From the NCBI GenBank assembly GCA_902591485.1, contig CACJAV010000001.1, forward strand, positions 142,945 through 206,944: 64,000 bases of DNA, read 5' to 3'. Position 1 is the first letter of the stretch. Each line of letters opens with the position of its first letter. Of this stretch, positions 60,001 through 64,000 are shown piece after piece. The position numbers were made by a program, and so were the translations under genes. Source of the stretch: an uncultured Alphaproteobacteria bacterium. Lineage in GTDB: Bacteria > Pseudomonadota > Alphaproteobacteria > HIMB59 > GCA-002718135. The notes below the pieces were generated by a model. That model was not told where the DNA came from and did not search any database. It saw nothing but the letters and a program-made list of their open reading frames with translations.

Positions 60001-60639
60001 TTATGAGCTGCTTTCTTCTGGAATAAAATCCTCAAGGGTTTCTTCATCATCAGCTTCTTGGGCTTCTATTTCCTCATTTTTACCTGCAATATCAGTAATT
60101 GTAGCTATGGCTGACCTTTTCTCTAAAAATCCACTTGCTTTAAGCTCGTCTTTACTAGGTAAATCAGATATGTTTTCAATTCCAAAATGCTCCATAAAGA
60201 TTTCTGTAGTAACCCATAGAGCTGGCTTACCTGGTATATTTTTTCTTCCAGATGGTTTGATCCATCCTATTTCCATGAGATGATCAATTGAACCTCTGCC
60301 CATTTGAACTCCACGAATATTTTCAATTTCAGATCTAGTTATAGGTTGTTGGTAAGCAATTATAGAGAGGGTTTCAATTGCGGCTCTAGATAACTTTCTT
60401 TTTTGTGTTTTAAAAATAGTAAGCTCATCTTTAATTGACTCAGCGGTTCTGAAAGACCATTTATTTCCTGTTTTAATTAAATTGATACCTCTATTTTGAT
60501 AAAACTCTCTTAGGCTTTCTATTTCTTTTTTAAACTCTTTTTTGTTAATCATTTTATCTTTTAAATCTTCCTCTAAAACAGGAGACCCAGATGCAAACAA
60601 TATTGCTTCTAATATTTTACTATCTCTATTTAAACTCAT
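60001..60639 (-). CDS. scpB: SMC-Scp complex subunit ScpB
   Basis: LEAILFA, LSRAAIETLSIIAYQQPITRSEIENIRGV. Confidence 0.95.
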   Translation of the reverse strand: MSLNRDSKILEAILFASGSPVLEEDLKDKMINKKEFKKEIESLREFYQNRGINLIKTGNKWSFRTAESIKDELTIFKTQKRKLSRAAIETLSIIAYQQPITRSEIENIRGVQMGRGSIDHLMEIGWIKPSGRKNIPGKPALWVTTEIFMEHFGIENISDLPSKDELKASGFLEKRSAIATITDIAGKNEEIEAQEADDEETLEDFIPEESSS

Positions 60640-61406
60640 GATTGTTTCAATTTTACAAAAATATTACCAAATGATTCATTTTGCTTAACTTCAATAAAAC
60701 CATTTTTTGCTAATTCTAGAGAAGCTACAAAATTAGAAGATAAAATAGATTTATTTATAATTTTTTTAGCGTTAAATTTTGGAATTAATTTTAATAAATT
60801 TGTCCACTCTGTTACATTTCCAAAAATATTTTTTAATCTTTGTATTGCATTATCAACAGAATAAAGTTCAGAATAAGCAATTGTTAAATGGTTAATATTA
60901 TCACCCTTTTGAATAATACTAGAATAAGCACGAATTAAATCAAATAAATTTGAAGAATATGTAATATTATATTTTAATTTGACTCCTTCGGCTGAACCAC
61001 CATAAAAAACATCTCGACCTACAAGAGCTTTTGAGTATAATTTTTTTGAAACTGATTGAAATGCTTCTAATCGCTGAAGTTGATATTTAAGAGCTTCTTC
61101 TAATTCTTCAGGCGTATGATCTTCCGATTTCTCTTCTTTAGGGAGAAGAAGTCTTGATTTTAAATAAGTGAGCCATGCAGCCATAACAAGGTAATCAGCA
61201 GCAATTTCTAAATGTATATCTTGATATTGGTTAATAAAATTAATGTATTGCTCAGCTAATTCCAATATAGAAATTTCCGATAAATCGACTTTTTGCTTAC
61301 GAGCCAAATCTAATAATAAATCAATAGGCCCCTCATATGAGTTAAGGGATATATTAAATTGTTTAGAAGAACTTATTTCATCTAATTTCCCTTTAAAATT
61401 AAGCAT
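60636..61406 (-). CDS. scpA: SMC-Scp complex subunit ScpA
   Basis: YEGPIDLLL, AADYLVMAAWL..LKSRLLLP, FVASLEL. Confidence 0.95.
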   Translation of the reverse strand: MLNFKGKLDEISSSKQFNISLNSYEGPIDLLLDLARKQKVDLSEISILELAEQYINFINQYQDIHLEIAADYLVMAAWLTYLKSRLLLPKEEKSEDHTPEELEEALKYQLQRLEAFQSVSKKLYSKALVGRDVFYGGSAEGVKLKYNITYSSNLFDLIRAYSSIIQKGDNINHLTIAYSELYSVDNAIQRLKNIFGNVTEWTNLLKLIPKFNAKKIINKSILSSNFVASLELAKNGFIEVKQNESFGNIFVKLKQS

Positions 61407-61442
61407 AATTTTTTATAGTTATTTAATATGATTCTGGCTAAT

Positions 61443-61964
61443 TTAAAATTTGGTAGTATCAACTATTAGACAATTTTCAATTTTTGAAAGATAATTTGCA
61501 CAATATTTTTGGGCATCTTGTCTTGTTGCAAAATTTTTATAAATTAAAAAATAATCGATACCTATTTCTGTACTTAATGCCAAAATGTAAAAATCTTCTA
61601 TTTGAAATATAGTTTCATTAGAGTTAATAATTTTTTTTAGATGATTATTTACATTACCATATTCTGCATCAGAATAAATTTGTATGCTGTATAGTAAATC
61701 ATTTGGGAAATTAATATTTTCATTGACTGTTTCTAAAGATTTTATATTTAAACTTTTTTTATCTAGATTTTCAACTTTCTGACCTCCTCGATCCTCTGGC
61801 ACAATGTAAAAAAGGTTTTTATTTTCAGGTATAATTACAAATTCATATCTATTATCTAAAAAGAAATTATAAATGGCCATGATAATCAACAAGAGTAATA
61901 AAGTAATAATAATAGATTTTCTTTTAGATTTTCTTCTTTTAAAAATTTTTCTTACAATCATCAC
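61443..61964 (-). CDS. Bitopic membrane protein with a degenerate SPOR-like C-terminus
   Basis: Basic N-terminus, one TM, PEDRGG, C-terminal FATRQDAQKYC...CLIV; sits in the usual SPOR-gene position after argS. Confidence 0.6.
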   Translation of the reverse strand: MMIVRKIFKRRKSKRKSIIITLLLLLIIMAIYNFFLDNRYEFVIIPENKNLFYIVPEDRGGQKVENLDKKSLNIKSLETVNENINFPNDLLYSIQIYSDAEYGNVNNHLKKIINSNETIFQIEDFYILALSTEIGIDYFLIYKNFATRQDAQKYCANYLSKIENCLIVDTTKF

Positions 61965-63700
61965 ATAGTTTCGTGAAAATCAATTCCAATAATTTTAAAA
62001 ACATTTTCAAATACTATTCTCATTGAATGCAACCATAATAATTTTGACTGAGTCTTAATTATATCTTGACTATCTATAAACCTAAGAGATTCATTCTCTT
62101 TTCCTTTATTCCAAAAAGAATGAAATAAAGTTGAAACATCTTCAACAAAATTCGTTAATCTGTGTGGCTCTCTGAAGTTTGAAGCTTGTTGTAAAATATA
62201 AGGGTAAGATAGTAATTTTAAAATTATTTCATTTTCGTCTTTAGTTAAATTTATATTTACTTTTTTATATTTATCAAATGTATCTAAATTTATTCCTATA
62301 TCATTGGCCTTTTTTATAACTGATGATGCTCTTGCATAAGCATATTGACAATAAAATACAGGATTATCTTTATTTTTTTCTATAACTTTATTTAAGTCAA
62401 AATCCATTGATGTTTCACTTTTTGTTGAAATCATAAAATATCTAAGAGGATCTTTGCCTACTTGATCAAAAACTTCTCTTAAAGTTATAAAATTTCCCTC
62501 TCTTTTTGACATTTTTAAGACTTCATTATTTTTTATTAATCTAACAATTTGACAAGTTAAAATCTCAAGATAATTATCTGAGGCTGAAATAGTTTTTAAA
62601 ACTGATTTCATTCTCGGAATATAACCAATATGGTCAGCACCCCAAATATTAATCAGTTTATCAAAATTTCTTTTGTATTTATCTAGATGATAAGCTGCAT
62701 CATTTGCAAAATAAGTCCACTCACCATTTGATTTTTGAAGTGCTCTATCTTGATGATCAAAGATGTCAGATGATTTAAATAACAATTGCTCTCTCGGCTC
62801 CCAATCATCAGAGTCTTCACCTTTTGGTTTTTCTAATTTTCCTTTATAAAGCAGCTTCTTTTCATTCAATATTTCAAATAATTCATTTATTATTTGATTT
62901 GATACTATATCTTTCTCAAAAGTAAATTTATCGAAATAAATATTTAAAAGTTGAAGATCATTATTAATAAACTCTATTAAATAACTTACAGCAAAATTTT
63001 TAAAATATTCCTCTCTTTCATTGGTATCTGCATTACTCCATTTATCTCCATCAATTTTTTTAATTTTTTCAGCAATTTCAATTAAGTAACTACCAGGGTA
63101 CTCGTCATTGTTAAGCTCTATTGATTCACCAAATAATTCTAAATATCTTTTGTATAAAGAATTACCCAGTATATCGATTTGTGAACCAGCATTATTTACA
63201 TAATATTCTCTGGTTACTTCAAATCCAGATTCTGTAAGCAAAGAAGATATAACATCTCCTAATACAGCTCCTCGCATGTGGGCAACAGTAATAGGTCCTG
63301 TAGGATTTGCAGAAACAAACTCAACATTAACTTTTTGACCATTACCTAAATTAGATTTTCCAAATGCATTTTTTACTTCTAGTAAATTTTTAATTTGCTC
63401 TAAAAGAAAATTTTTTTTTATATTTATATTTATAAATCCATTTTTGGAAATTTCACAATTCTCAACAAAAAATAAATTAGTAATTTTTTTTTGTAAATCA
63501 TTTTTTAGATCAAATTTTTTATCTAAAATTTTCTTGATGGCAACTAAATAAAAATTAGAAGAAATATCACCCTGTCTTGATTTTGATGAAAAATCAATAC
63601 TTATAGATTTTTTATTAAATTCATTGAAAATATTTTCTTTTATACCATCATTCAAATATTGATGAAAAAAATCAAAAAGTAAATCTATATGATTATTCAT
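61961..63700 (-). CDS. argS: Arginine--tRNA ligase
   Basis: VEFVSANPTGP, WGADHIGY, KMSKR, NPVFYCQYAYAR; start placed at MNNH. Confidence 0.96.
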   Translation of the reverse strand: MNNHIDLLFDFFHQYLNDGIKENIFNEFNKKSISIDFSSKSRQGDISSNFYLVAIKKILDKKFDLKNDLQKKITNLFFVENCEISKNGFININIKKNFLLEQIKNLLEVKNAFGKSNLGNGQKVNVEFVSANPTGPITVAHMRGAVLGDVISSLLTESGFEVTREYYVNNAGSQIDILGNSLYKRYLELFGESIELNNDEYPGSYLIEIAEKIKKIDGDKWSNADTNEREEYFKNFAVSYLIEFINNDLQLLNIYFDKFTFEKDIVSNQIINELFEILNEKKLLYKGKLEKPKGEDSDDWEPREQLLFKSSDIFDHQDRALQKSNGEWTYFANDAAYHLDKYKRNFDKLINIWGADHIGYIPRMKSVLKTISASDNYLEILTCQIVRLIKNNEVLKMSKREGNFITLREVFDQVGKDPLRYFMISTKSETSMDFDLNKVIEKNKDNPVFYCQYAYARASSVIKKANDIGINLDTFDKYKKVNINLTKDENEIILKLLSYPYILQQASNFREPHRLTNFVEDVSTLFHSFWNKGKENESLRFIDSQDIIKTQSKLLWLHSMRIVFENVFKIIGIDFHETM

Positions 63701-64000
63701 ATATTTCCTTAAATAGTCTTGATGCATATCTGTCGGTCATCCCAGAAATATAATCACAAATTATTCTTTCAATAGGTTCGTCAATCTTTCTCCAATCAAG
63801 AGGAAGTTTATTTGGAGAAGTATAAAAATATTTGAATAATTTTGAAATAATTTTTTCTACATTATCTCTTTTAAGAAGTAAATTCTTATGATTGTAAACA
63901 TTATCAAAGAGAAAAGATTTTATTTTTTTTGAATTTGATTCCATTTCTGAAGAGAAAGAAACTAAAAAATTATGATTATTTTTAAAATCTTCAATATTTT
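63693..64000 (-). CDS. dgt: dGTP triphosphohydrolase, 3' end only
   Basis: C-terminal ICDYISGMTDRYA; conserved position upstream of argS. Confidence 0.85.
   Translation of the reverse strand, partial: NIEDFKNNHNFLVSFSSEMESNSKKIKSFLFDNVYNHKNLLLKRDNVEKIISKLFKYFYTSPNKLPLDWRKIDEPIERIICDYISGMTDRYASRLFKEIYE

Noticed and set aside
456-61431. Many short ORF-track entries antisense to or nested in long genes (e.g. 456-662, 9104-9532, 16270-16596, 24762-25094, 39299-39679, 57875-58165)
   Set aside because: They are shadows of well-supported genes on the other strand or frame and have no motifs of their own.

Overview
Very AT-rich, gene-dense DNA with tiny or overlapping intergenic spacers. It looks like a streamlined marine alphaproteobacterium of the Pelagibacterales/HIMB59 type; this is inferred from gene order, composition and the SAM-V and tandem glycine riboswitches. 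1-21.3 kb is a large carbohydrate uptake and catabolism island: a CUT1 ABC transporter, two Gfo/Idh/MocA dehydrogenases, four xylose-isomerase-like TIM barrels, an LRA5-like SDR, AcoABC, a DhaK/EryH/DhaL/RpiB erythrulose-type module (eryH-like gene frameshifted in an A10 tract), a PfkB kinase and an aldolase-SDR fusion. 23-25.7 kb holds the most striking element: serA fused in frame behind a LacI-family DNA-binding headpiece, with a perfect 20-bp LacI-type palindrome over its start codon, followed by serB. The rest is mostly metabolic and housekeeping: Lrp/metY with SAM-V, an aminotransferase-IV/sulfotransferase-like/hydratase operon, an inverted-domain photolyase, pcs, cysE-cysK-metB-like genes, gcvTHP with a glycine riboswitch, an unexplained four-hairpin intergenic RNA, anmK, cspA, rlmJ, and the dgt-argS-scpAB-tatABC-serS-pcm block. 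I saw no rRNA, tRNA, CRISPR array or mobile element. All family calls come from motif recognition by eye; no database search was run.
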